Assembly: GCA_963809485.1 (NCBI GenBank) | Contig: CAWEJX010000020.1 | Span: 832,001 to 896,000, forward strand | Direction: 5' to 3' | Length of the DNA: 64,000 bases | Origin: an uncultured Acidobacteriota bacterium | Lineage (GTDB): Bacteria > Acidobacteriota > UBA6911 | Part shown: positions 1 to 9,312 of the stretch, one piece after another | Layout: every line of letters starts with the position of its first letter | How positions within the stretch are numbered: position 1 is the stretch's first letter | Translations under genes and position numbers: made by a program | Notes under the pieces: model-generated | Seen by the model: only the letters and a program-made list of their open reading frames with translations | Told to the model about the DNA's origin: nothing | The model's database searches: none

Positions 1-2902
1 CCAGGCGGATTGCGCGGCTTGCGGCTGCCTCGCGGGGATCTCCCGCCATCGAACTGTCTTCGCCGGCGGACTCTTCATTCACGGCTGCCTGCGGGCCCTC
101 AGCCGAAGGTGCAGCCTTGAGCAATTCATGCAAGGCCGCGTATTCCTGAACGGCGAGTTCGCGCCAGTCCTTCGTGACCTGCGAGGCGGCTGCCTGGGGC
201 GGGACGGCGGCATCCAGGCTGTCCACATCCACCCATCGGGCCAGGCCGTAATCGCCGGAAAGCCATTGCGCCAGAGAGGGGCCCAACGGCTTGAGGCGAG
301 TGGCCTCGGCATCAGGGATCCACCGGTCATTTTCGTCGTCCTTTTTCCAGCGCTGCGTGTGTGTGGAAAGCACCAGGTGATCCCGGGCGCGCGTCAGTCC
401 TACATACAGGAGGCGCACCAATTCCGCATCCTCCCGCTTTTTGTCCGCTTCGGACAATCGGTCCCATCCCGGCGTCCGCAGTCCCGATTCCTTTGATCCG
501 ATGCTGAGTCCGAAGACTCCTTGGTCGTGAAAGTCGGCCAGCAGGCTTCTGGAGCGGTTCTTCCTTTTGGCCCCGAGGGACGCGACGAAAACTATCTGGA
601 AATCGAGCCCCTTCGCCTTATGGATGGACAGGATGCGGACGGCATCGCTCCTCTCCTCCATGAGCCGGCTTTCACTTTCGGCAAGGCCCTCCTCATCCAT
701 CATGCCCAGCAGATCCACTACCTGAGAAAAGGTCGCCTCGCCCTGAAGCGCGCGCAGCGTGCGCGCAAGCTTGTTCAGATTTGCCAGGGACTGAAATCCG
801 CGCGCAGATAAAACCTCCCGCGCCCCCGTTTTCTGAAGCAGGATCTCGAGGCTCTCCGAGGCGCGCCTTTCATGACGGTGCCGGTGAAGATCAAGCAGGA
901 CGTCAAAAGGGTAATGAAGCGGGGACTGTTCCGGCACCTGTTCGCGATAGTCCAACGCCAAGTTCTCGATTCGGGCTCTCAATAAATCCTCATCTGACAA
1001 TCCGAAGAAAATCGATCGCAGAGCGCCATAAAGCGCGATGCTGTCGTTAGGATTCGCCACCGCGCGCAAAACCGTTATGGCGGAGGAAACCTCGCTGCGG
1101 GCATAGTAAAACTTGCCTCCCTCCAAGACATACGGGATATCCAAATCGCGCAGAGCCTCTTCGAGTATGTTCGCATGGCTGAGAACCGGAAGCAGGATTG
1201 CGATATCCCCATACCGGGGCGGCCTCCAGGAAATGCCCTCGCCGCCGGCGTCCTGAACTTGCCAGGATTCGGAACCACGCATGCGAAGGATCAGCCTGGC
1301 AATCCTTGATGCTTCGGTCGTCAGGAAGTCGCGAACCGTCCGGCTTGAATCATCTCCCTCCCGCTCCCCAAGGAGGTGGACCGAGGGCAGGGACAGTTCC
1401 TCCAGCCGGCCTCCTGAATTTCCAAAAGGAAGATAGTCGGGCTGATACAGACCGTCGGAGGGAGGCTGCATTACGCCGCTGAAGACAGAGTCCACGAAAC
1501 GGAGGATGGAGGGAACCGACCGGAAATTCGTCGTCAGTTGCAGCTTTTCCAGTCCGAGAGACTTCATGTTTCCGGGATCGACAATTCCGAGATAGGTTTC
1601 GATGTCCGCATTACGGAAGCGATAGATGGACTGCTTGGGATCCCCAACAATAAAAAGCTTACCTGGGGCCGGCCGGAGCCGGGGGATATCCCATTCCATG
1701 GGATCGGCGGATGAAAGCAGCCGGACGATATCCCACTGGATGGAATCCGTGTCCTGGAACTCATCAACCAGAAAGGCTTTGTAGCGCGCCTGGAATTCGC
1801 CCCGCACAGCTCGGTTTTGAGCGAGGAGGTCGCGTGCCAGCCACAATTGATCGTCGAAATCGAGGATGGCGCCGGCGCGCTTTCCTCTTTCCCACTCCGG
1901 CAAAAAATCATCCGTCAACCATCGGATCCCTTCATGCAAAATCCGCTGCACAGGCAGGTTTTGATAGCAAATGTGGAAGTCCACAACCTCGCGAATGAAG
2001 ACCCGCACGCTCTGAACGGTATCCTTGCCTCCCTTCCAGTTTGCCGCAGATCCCGCATTGCCCGGCTTTGAGGGTCGAACGGTTTCTCCTGCCGGATTTT
2101 CCAACCAGTCCAAGGCCCTTTCCAAATACTCGATCAAGCGGTCTTCAGACTTGAGGATTCTGCTCCGGAAATCGCGGCCTTGTCGGAGCAAAGCCCGAAT
2201 CTGCTCCTCGATCTGCTCGTCGGTCGGCGGGGAATCGCAATGCAGCCCCCGCACGGCACTTATATTCAGCCGCAGGGTTCCGGCGAGTTCCTGAAGGCTT
2301 TGCAGGCTGAATCCGTTCCGCAGCGTCCGCTCCAGCACGGGATTGCGTTCCGCCAGAGCCCGGCCAATCCAGGACTCCCAGACCTCCCGGAAAAGCAGTT
2401 CGCTCCGTACCTCATCCAACGCGGAAAAATGCGGATCAAGACCCGCCTCGACAGGCCTCTCCTTGAGCAGTGAAACCGCGAAAGAGTGGAACGTGGATAT
2501 CGACGCCGTCTCAAGGTCCCTTAAGGCTTCGCGCGCCCGCGCCTCAAAAACCTCGAAGCCGTTGCCCTTTGCATCCTTTGTCGAACGACTCGGCTGCCCT
2601 GGAGTGCAAAACGAAGGAACCGATTCTCCCGAGATGATTTCTTCAAAGTGCCGCCTGAGCCGCACCTTCATCTCGCCCGCTGCCTTTTCCGTGAAAGTGA
2701 TGGCGCAGATTTGGGAGAGACGCAGCGGTTCTCCCGACGGACCCTGCAAGAGAACCAGATAAAGAATCCTCGACAGCAGAGTGCTGGTTTTGCCGGTTCC
2801 CGCAGAGGCCTCCACCACTAAAGAATGGCGGGTGTCTTCTATGGCCCTGCGCCGTTGAGTTCGGTCGTCGCCGGCCTGCTGGGCTTTGGGATCTCCGGAC
2901 AT
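1..2902 (-). CDS. addA: AddA/UvrD-type ATP-dependent helicase-nuclease subunit A (partial; 3' end beyond window)
   Basis: Manual translation from the ATG at 2902, which overlaps the upstream stop (TGATG): MSGDPK...LVVEASAGTGKTSTL (Walker A), ICAITFTEKAAGEMK, STFHSF, LVDEFQDTD, VGDPKQSIYRFR, TIHKAKGLDF. Frame stays open to the window edge, so it is absent from the ORF track. Confidence 0.9.
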   Translation of the reverse strand, partial: MSGDPKAQQAGDDRTQRRRAIEDTRHSLVVEASAGTGKTSTLLSRILYLVLLQGPSGEPLRLSQICAITFTEKAAGEMKVRLRRHFEEIISGESVPSFCTPGQPSRSTKDAKGNGFEVFEARAREALRDLETASISTFHSFAVSLLKERPVEAGLDPHFSALDEVRSELLFREVWESWIGRALAERNPVLERTLRNGFSLQSLQELAGTLRLNISAVRGLHCDSPPTDEQIEEQIRALLRQGRDFRSRILKSEDRLIEYLERALDWLENPAGETVRPSKPGNAGSAANWKGGKDTVQSVRVFIREVVDFHICYQNLPVQRILHEGIRWLTDDFLPEWERGKRAGAILDFDDQLWLARDLLAQNRAVRGEFQARYKAFLVDEFQDTDSIQWDIVRLLSSADPMEWDIPRLRPAPGKLFIVGDPKQSIYRFRNADIETYLGIVDPGNMKSLGLEKLQLTTNFRSVPSILRFVDSVFSGVMQPPSDGLYQPDYLPFGNSGGRLEELSLPSVHLLGEREGDDSSRTVRDFLTTEASRIARLILRMRGSESWQVQDAGGEGISWRPPRYGDIAILLPVLSHANILEEALRDLDIPYVLEGGKFYYARSEVSSAITVLRAVANPNDSIALYGALRSIFFGLSDEDLLRARIENLALDYREQVPEQSPLHYPFDVLLDLHRHRHERRASESLEILLQKTGAREVLSARGFQSLANLNKLARTLRALQGEATFSQVVDLLGMMDEEGLAESESRLMEERSDAVRILSIHKAKGLDFQIVFVASLGAKRKNRSRSLLADFHDQGVFGLSIGSKESGLRTPGWDRLSEADKKREDAELVRLLYVGLTRARDHLVLSTHTQRWKKDDENDRWIPDAEATRLKPLGPSLAQWLSGDYGLARWVDVDSLDAAVPPQAAASQVTKDWRELAVQEYAALHELLKAAPSAEGPQAAVNEESAGEDSSMAGDPREAAASRAIRL

Positions 2903-5900
2903 CACAGGGGGGCCTCCAAAATCTGAAGGAACTTGAGAACGGCCTCGTCGTTCGCCTTGCGCTCTTCACGCTGCACGCGATCCTTTCCGCAGACCGTGAG
3001 AAAGTCGCAGTATTCGCAATGGCCCGAGGGACGAACCGTGCCCCTGGTCCTGGCAAAAAAAACGCCACTCTCGATCCCGTCGCCTACAATAGACAGGATG
3101 CCCGGCAAGGTCCCGGATGCCGTGCTCAGTTGCTCAGCGGTGAAAAGACACGGTACCGTCCGCCCGTCTTTGGGCTGAAGGTGCAGATATTCACCTTCCA
3201 CCCGTTCAATATTTTCGAAGCCCTGCATGACTGAAAGGGCGCCCCGGTAAACCGCAATCTGGATCTTCTCGCCCGACATTAGCAGCGGCCGCGAGGCTTT
3301 AGCCATCGAGTCGGGCAGTGTACCGGTTTTGTAATCGACCACACGGGCCCGCTTGCCATCCGGGGACAAATCCACACGATCGATTCTGCCGCGGAATTCA
3401 AAGGTGTGCTTGCCGGCTTTCAGCCGGAACGTAGGGTAACGCTCTTGCGGGCCGAATTCCCCGAATGGTCTTTCCAATTCGGTTACAGGCAAAGGCTCTC
3501 CGGGTCTGTTTTTTTCAAACGCCAGCCATTGCCGGAGCATTCGCAGAAGACCTTCGCGCTCGATTTCCCACAGTAGATCCGGAATTCCTGCCGGCCTTGC
3601 TTTTTCCAATTTTTCAGAAGCGATCCTCTCGAGGGCATTCCAGAGCATTTCCTCAGATTCAGCCTGAAATTTCACGCCGAGGAAATCCTTGAGAAAGCTT
3701 TCGAGGATCGAGTGAACGGCAAGCCCCCTATCCAGGGGATCCATCGCATCCGCCCGCTCCTGTTCCTCCCACGGCTCCAGATCCACAACACGTTTCAGGA
3801 AAAAGAAATAGGGACACTTGGCGTATTCCTCCAGGCGGCTTGCGGAGACTTCGCCGGCAGCTGATCCCATCTTCTGCGCCACCCATTGAATGAGTGCGTT
3901 ATCCGCAAGGCGGCCGTCGTATTCTGTCAATTTCCTATTCCAACGCGCATGATCGTAGGCCATAGACCGTCTCAACCGATGGGGCTCCAGTTGAGCCAGC
4001 GCCTCAAGCACATTTTGCGCCGTTTGGCGATCCGAAGACACCATCCGGAGCCTGATCTCGCTTTCGTCCACCGCAATTTCATCTTGGGGGGGAGCCGGAT
4101 TATCAAGACTCACGGATCGAAACCCGGGTATATTGCCCAGGCTCAGCTCACGCATCGAAATGATGCCGCCCCGAAGTGCCGCTGCCGCCCGCATAAAAAA
4201 CTGCGAGGGAATGCGCTCACGATCGGAGCTTTCGTCGAGGCGGGAGGTCATGAGCACCAATCGTTTGCAGGCGGAGCGCGCAGCCATATCAAACAGCAGT
4301 TTTTCCTCATCCACGCGCCTGGATTTGATCGGGAGCTTCTGCATCCACGAGCGCTCAGAATCCAGCAGCAGCGGATCCTGGCGCAATTTCGCCGGGAACC
4401 GGCCTTCATCCAGTCCGGGGATAATGACCAGCGGAAACCTGAGGCCTCGGGCGGCGCTTGTCGAGAGCAGGTTAACGCCGCTGCGCTGGAAACGGCCTGC
4501 CGGGCGAGTGAGGGATGCCATCGATTGCCGCAAAGCCGCCCTCAGCCGGTCCGCAGATACCGGTTCGTCTGTCAGGGCGATTGTTGCCGAATCCCGAATC
4601 CCGAATCCCGAATCTCGAATCAGGCCGAGTGCCTCGAGGCCGGATATTTCATCCAGAACCGAGGAAAAAAGTGGCCAGTCGTCCGTTTCCCCCAATAATG
4701 GCTCGAGATGCTGCTCGAGAAAATGCGCCCAAACCTTCCAGGGCAGCGATGCGGGCCAGTCCGCAGCGGCCTGGCGCAGGATTCGCCAACCTTCCCGCAG
4801 GGACTTTGCAGCCTCCAGACGTTTTTCGGCAATCCGGACCGACATCAAACCGTACTCGGAATCCTCGTTCTGCCGGGTTTCCGGCGCGCTGTTTTCCGCT
4901 TTCCAAAGATCCCTGCGTGCTTGCCCGATAATCGATTCCACCCCTTCATCCCAGGACTGAAGGCCGGCGATAAACTGAGGCCCGTTGGTAAGAACCCTCC
5001 AGCTCTGCACATCCCAAGCTATGCTCGAAGTTTCAGGCTGAGCCGCCGCCACAAGCTCCATAGCGGCAAGGACCGCTTCGCGCGAAAAGCCGGCGGATTG
5101 CATGCCGATCAGCGCAAGGACTGCTTTGCTTAGAGGACGATCGGCAAGGCTGGCACCGCCCTGCAAAAAATATGGAATCCCGCGCAGCCGAAGCATTTCC
5201 GTCAGGATGGGGACATCATTTTCAGGCTGGCGAAGAATCACCGCGGCTTCATGGAATCCCCGGATCGTCCCGTCTCCTATCGCGCGGAAAATTTCCCTGA
5301 TAACTTCAACAGCCGCGCGCGATTCTCCGGGCGCGGAGACCAGGGCAACGGATTTGTCCTGGGCAGGATTGGCTTCCATTCCGGATTCCCGGGCATCGGC
5401 AAGTCCGAATCCCCGGGCGGCCAGGCAGCCCAGGCTGTCGGCCTTCGGCTCGATCTCGACGGGCACGGGATCCACGCCAAGCTCCCGGACGCGCTCTTCA
5501 AGAAAAGGTCCGGCAAAATCCGAAACCGTTTCGTGTACGAATGGAATGAAATAGATCATCTCGAGGCCGTGCTTCAAAGCGGCCAGGAGGCTGGACTGCT
5601 GTCCGGTGACATCATAGATTCCATAAACAAGCAGCTGCCTTGATCCCAGCAGCGTTCGGGCGTCCGGAGCGCTGCGGATGGCCGATCGAAAATCATCGGC
5701 CACGTCATGGAAGTGACTCGTGAAATCCCGGAACCTGCGGTAAAGGTCCGCCAGCGCCTGAAGATTTTCGCTGCGGTCGGGATTTCTGTTTTTTTGTTGA
5801 ATGGCTGTTTCCAGGTCGCCCGGGCTGATTTCCGCATCACGCAGATCCCTGAAAGTCTCCAGCAGGGCATCCCGAAATCCGGCATAAGCAGAGATGGGGG

Positions 5901-6219
5901 CAAATACCGAAGGGGGATTTGATGCGAGAATCCCTTCAAGGATGACCGAGGCGCCAAGGTGCGGCAGATGCGGTTTCCCCGGGGAACGTCCGGGTCCGTT
6001 CGAAAGAAGCGCGGCCAGATCCAGGAATGTGTGAAAGCGGATGTTTGCGGCAATTCGTCCATTCCGCACAATGCGGCGCTTCAGATAGGATGCGAGGATA
6101 TTGGAGCCGACCAGAACGTTGATCTCCTTCAGGGGATCATCTTGCTTGAGCGCGGAGACTATCTGGCTCCAGCGCAGCTCAAGCGCCGCGAACGAACCCG
6201 TATAAATTGAATGGCCCAT
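2902..6219 (-). CDS. addB: AddB-like subunit: inactive helicase fold plus C-terminal PD-(D/E)XK nuclease with 4-Cys Fe-S staple
   Basis: 1105 aa. SASRLEEYAKCPY, GRIDRVD, VVDYKTG, QIAVY, CEYCDFLTVC. Translationally coupled to addA. Confidence 0.85.
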   Translation of the reverse strand: MGHSIYTGSFAALELRWSQIVSALKQDDPLKEINVLVGSNILASYLKRRIVRNGRIAANIRFHTFLDLAALLSNGPGRSPGKPHLPHLGASVILEGILASNPPSVFAPISAYAGFRDALLETFRDLRDAEISPGDLETAIQQKNRNPDRSENLQALADLYRRFRDFTSHFHDVADDFRSAIRSAPDARTLLGSRQLLVYGIYDVTGQQSSLLAALKHGLEMIYFIPFVHETVSDFAGPFLEERVRELGVDPVPVEIEPKADSLGCLAARGFGLADARESGMEANPAQDKSVALVSAPGESRAAVEVIREIFRAIGDGTIRGFHEAAVILRQPENDVPILTEMLRLRGIPYFLQGGASLADRPLSKAVLALIGMQSAGFSREAVLAAMELVAAAQPETSSIAWDVQSWRVLTNGPQFIAGLQSWDEGVESIIGQARRDLWKAENSAPETRQNEDSEYGLMSVRIAEKRLEAAKSLREGWRILRQAAADWPASLPWKVWAHFLEQHLEPLLGETDDWPLFSSVLDEISGLEALGLIRDSGFGIRDSATIALTDEPVSADRLRAALRQSMASLTRPAGRFQRSGVNLLSTSAARGLRFPLVIIPGLDEGRFPAKLRQDPLLLDSERSWMQKLPIKSRRVDEEKLLFDMAARSACKRLVLMTSRLDESSDRERIPSQFFMRAAAALRGGIISMRELSLGNIPGFRSVSLDNPAPPQDEIAVDESEIRLRMVSSDRQTAQNVLEALAQLEPHRLRRSMAYDHARWNRKLTEYDGRLADNALIQWVAQKMGSAAGEVSASRLEEYAKCPYFFFLKRVVDLEPWEEQERADAMDPLDRGLAVHSILESFLKDFLGVKFQAESEEMLWNALERIASEKLEKARPAGIPDLLWEIEREGLLRMLRQWLAFEKNRPGEPLPVTELERPFGEFGPQERYPTFRLKAGKHTFEFRGRIDRVDLSPDGKRARVVDYKTGTLPDSMAKASRPLLMSGEKIQIAVYRGALSVMQGFENIERVEGEYLHLQPKDGRTVPCLFTAEQLSTASGTLPGILSIVGDGIESGVFFARTRGTVRPSGHCEYCDFLTVCGKDRVQREERKANDEAVLKFLQILEAPL
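4587..4621. repeat. Heptamer tandem repeat (CCGAATC x4 + TCGAATC) inside addB
   Basis: Five 7-bp units read directly; translated as IRDSGFGIRDS in AddB. Confidence 0.9.
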
Positions 6220-6393
6220 GATTATACCGTCTTGGGGCAGACATGCTGCGCAGACTCAAGAATATGAGGGCAGCTTCTCTTGCGGTCACTATAGATTCAA
6301 AAATCCAGCCGTTGCGATGCGCCCGAATGCCCTGGCTTTTTCAGGGACTGAGAGCCGCTCCAAGCGGGACGCCTCTCAATCTCGAATTTCGAA

Positions 6394-6939
6394 TCATTTT
6401 GGGATAGAAAGCCCGTACTGGTAGCCGCGTTCGAAGGCTTTCAGGTTCATATCCTCCGTTCCCGGGGGCACGGAGGCCTTCACCGCTTCCCGGGCAGCCT
6501 CGTGATTTACGACGCGGGTCACGGCGGTAAAAAAGCCCACCATGACGATGTTCAGGATCATTTTGCGTCCCAGCTCCTCGGCCAGGCGTGTCGCCGGAAT
6601 GCCGTAAAGCTTCATGCCGGGCTGGAGCCCGCTGGGCTTAACGAGATCCTCTTCAATAATAAGGGTTGCGTCATCGGTCGTTTCCGGCAGGAACTTATTG
6701 CAGGCTTCCTGCGACATGACGAGGAGTATTTCGGGCTTCGTGACATAGGGGTACAGGATCGTTTTATCGGAAACGATCACCTGTGCGCTGCAGGCGCTTC
6801 CGCGCGCCTCGGGCCCAAAGCTCTGCGTCAGGGTTGCAAACTTGCCGTTATATATGCTGGCGGCGCGCCCGATGATGATGCCCGCCAGTATGACTCCCTG
6901 GCCGCCGAATCCTCCGAACTTGATCTCCATCGCGCTCAT
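6394..6939 (-). CDS. korC: 2-oxoacid:ferredoxin oxidoreductase gamma subunit
   Basis: GFGGQGVILAG, QSFGPEARG, NIVMVG motifs; in an operon with alpha/beta/delta. Substrate not determinable. Confidence 0.9.
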   Translation of the reverse strand: MSAMEIKFGGFGGQGVILAGIIIGRAASIYNGKFATLTQSFGPEARGSACSAQVIVSDKTILYPYVTKPEILLVMSQEACNKFLPETTDDATLIIEEDLVKPSGLQPGMKLYGIPATRLAEELGRKMILNIVMVGFFTAVTRVVNHEAAREAVKASVPPGTEDMNLKAFERGYQYGLSIPK

Positions 6940-7790
6940 AGCACCCCCTCGTAAGGTTTGAAGGAAGATCCGAATCTTTCAGCCATTTTTGTGTTGTACC
7001 TCTCGAGGAAAGAGGATTTCTCGCGATCGATGAATTTGCCGCAGGTGATTTTTCCCTTGAAATCCAAGCCGACCTCGCGCGTATCCGCGCCGTTCTGGAT
7101 CACGCTGTTTTCCTTGTAAAACTGCATCATCTCGAGGCCGTCTCCCAGCCGGTTCCTTCTTCCATACAGGGTCGGACAGGGGCTGATAAGCTCCACGAAG
7201 CTGAATCCTTTCTTCTGGATAGCTTCTTTCATAGCCTTGGTTGCCTGCCGGACATGAAAGGTCGTCCATCGCGCCACATAGACGGCGCCGGCAGATTCCG
7301 CCAGGTGCGGAAGGTTGAAGGGCTCTTCCGTGTTGCCGTAGGGCGTTGTCGAGGCGATGGCATCAATCGGGGTGGTGGGTGTGACCTGGCCTCCCGTCAT
7401 CCCATAGGTAAAGTTGTTGACGCAGATGATCGTCAAATCCATATTCCGGCGGGCGGCGTGGATGAAGTGGTTGCCGCCGATCGCAAAAAGATCGCCATCC
7501 CCGCTGTAAACGATGACTTTGAGTTTCGGATTGGCCAGCTTCAGGCCGGTGGCGAATGGTATAGGGCGGCCGTGCGTTGTATGAAAACTGTCCAGCTTCA
7601 AATAGCCTGCGACCCTGCCGGTGCAGCCGATTCCGGACACGACACTGATCTGTTCCAGCGGGATGCCGCACGTTTCGACAGCCCGCACGAAACAGTTGAC
7701 CGTAGTGCCCAGGCCGCAGCCGGAACACCAGATGTGCGGGATTCGATCCGTTCTCAGATACTGACTGACGGGATTGGCTGGATTTACCAT
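6936..7790 (-). CDS. korB: 2-oxoacid:ferredoxin oxidoreductase beta subunit (TPP-binding)
   Basis: WCSGCG, SGIGC, HTTHGR, GDGD...GGNH, NNFTYGMTGGQ, SPCPT. Confidence 0.93.
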   Translation of the reverse strand: MVNPANPVSQYLRTDRIPHIWCSGCGLGTTVNCFVRAVETCGIPLEQISVVSGIGCTGRVAGYLKLDSFHTTHGRPIPFATGLKLANPKLKVIVYSGDGDLFAIGGNHFIHAARRNMDLTIICVNNFTYGMTGGQVTPTTPIDAIASTTPYGNTEEPFNLPHLAESAGAVYVARWTTFHVRQATKAMKEAIQKKGFSFVELISPCPTLYGRRNRLGDGLEMMQFYKENSVIQNGADTREVGLDFKGKITCGKFIDREKSSFLERYNTKMAERFGSSFKPYEGVL

Positions 7791-8941
7791 GCGGCCTCCT
7801 TGATCTTCTCGAAGATAACCGTAGGATCGTGTACCGTTCCGCCGCCGTGAGGGACCAGGTACGATCCGGCTTTGCCTCCGATCGTGCGCTGCAGCTCGAA
7901 GAACATCTGCCCATAGTTGAGCTCGGGCATCACGAATGCTTTGACGCGGGCGGCAAGCTCGAGGATGCGGGCTTCCGGGAATGGCCAGGCCGTAATCAGC
8001 CGGAGGTGGCCGACCTTTATGCCTTCGTCTTTCGCCATTTCAATGGCCTTCACGGCCACTCTCGAAGTGATCCCGTAAGAAACCACGACAACGTCCGCGC
8101 TCTCGGTATCGGTCTCTTCCAGGGTGATGATGTTCCCGGCATTGTTGCGAATTTTTTCCACAAGCCGCCGCACGCATTTTTCCTGGGCTTCGGCATTCAT
8201 GACCGGATAGCCTCTCTCATCGTGCGTCAGCCCTGTCACATGGAATTTGTGGCCGTCTCCCGCCTTCGCCATTGCCGGCACGATATCCCCGTTTGTGAAA
8301 TACGGCAGATATTCGCCGGGCTTTGCCGTCGTATACCGGCGCGCTCTCACCTCGATCTCTTCCGCTTTCGGGATTACAACCTTTTCCGTCATGTGCCCGA
8401 CACACTCGTCCATCATCATCATGACCGGCACGCGGTATTCCTCGGCCAGGTTGAAGGCCCTGATAGTCAGGTCGAAACATTCCTGCGGCGAATTGGGGGC
8501 GAAGGCGATGATTTCGTAATCTCCATGGCTGCCCCACCTGGCCTGCATCATGTCCGCCTGGCCCGGCAGAGTAGGCAGCCCGGTGGAAGGGCCTCCCCGC
8601 TGGACATTCACGAATACGCATGGGGTCTCGAGCATTACGGCCAGGCCGATATGCTCCATCATCAGCGAGAATCCGGGCCCGGAAGTGACGGTCATGGCTT
8701 TCGCTCCCGCCCACACCGCGCCCTGGATGGCTATGGAAGAAGCAATTTCGTCCTCCATTTGAATAAAAATGCCTCCGACAGATGGAAACCGATTGGCGAT
8801 GCGTTCCACGACTTCCGTAGATGGAGTGATGGGATATCCTGCAACAAAACGGCAACCTGCGGAAAGGGCTCCCTCGCAGCACGCATGGTCTCCGTCCAGG
8901 AAGTGGGCGCCTGTCAAAACACCTTTGGGATCGGCTTTCAA
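7784..8941 (-). CDS. korA: 2-oxoacid:ferredoxin oxidoreductase alpha subunit
   Basis: GYPITPSTE, QMEDEIA, TSGPGFSLM, QRGGPSTGLPT, PELNYGQ. Start moved to the TTG at 8941, which follows an AAAGGAGG RBS. Confidence 0.92.
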   Translation of the reverse strand: MKADPKGVLTGAHFLDGDHACCEGALSAGCRFVAGYPITPSTEVVERIANRFPSVGGIFIQMEDEIASSIAIQGAVWAGAKAMTVTSGPGFSLMMEHIGLAVMLETPCVFVNVQRGGPSTGLPTLPGQADMMQARWGSHGDYEIIAFAPNSPQECFDLTIRAFNLAEEYRVPVMMMMDECVGHMTEKVVIPKAEEIEVRARRYTTAKPGEYLPYFTNGDIVPAMAKAGDGHKFHVTGLTHDERGYPVMNAEAQEKCVRRLVEKIRNNAGNIITLEETDTESADVVVVSYGITSRVAVKAIEMAKDEGIKVGHLRLITAWPFPEARILELAARVKAFVMPELNYGQMFFELQRTIGGKAGSYLVPHGGGTVHDPTVIFEKIKEAAW

Positions 8942-8952
8942 TGGGCCTCCTT

Positions 8953-9201
8953 TCAGGCAACGGTCTTTAGCAGCTTTCCAAAAATGGCGAAATCCGGGCA
9001 ATAAATCCCGCACAGATCGCAGCCGGTGCACGCTTCCGGCTTTACGGCGCGCGGGGGATGGTACCCCTTGCTGTTGAATTCCTCTGAGAACTCAAGCACC
9101 CCGGCAGGGCAAAACTCGACGCAAAAGCCGCAGCCTTTGCAAAGCTCAATCTCGATTGCAACGATACCTCGAGCCCCTCTGGGTTTCTTCGCCTCTGCCA
9201 T
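8953..9201 (-). CDS. korD: 2[4Fe-4S] ferredoxin, oxidoreductase delta subunit
   Basis: [12 protein letters not shown] and [12 protein letters not shown]. Confidence 0.92.
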   Translation of the reverse strand: MAEAKKPRGARGIVAIEIELCKGCGFCVEFCPAGVLEFSEEFNSKGYHPPRAVKPEACTGCDLCGIYCPDFAIFGKLLKTVA

Positions 9202-9312
9202 CTGTGGATTCCTCCTGATACACCTAATCTACCCACACCCATCCATGTTGGCAACAAAATATTCGAATCGAGGGACAGCCGGGTTGTATGACATGGATTC
9301 GAAAATCTCCGG

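Noticed and set aside
2902-3850. Cas4-like nuclease (PD-(D/E)XK plus 4 Cys) suggesting CRISPR adaptation
   Set aside because: It is the C-terminal domain of a 1105-aa AddB coupled to an AddA helicase; no cas1/cas2 or array is present.
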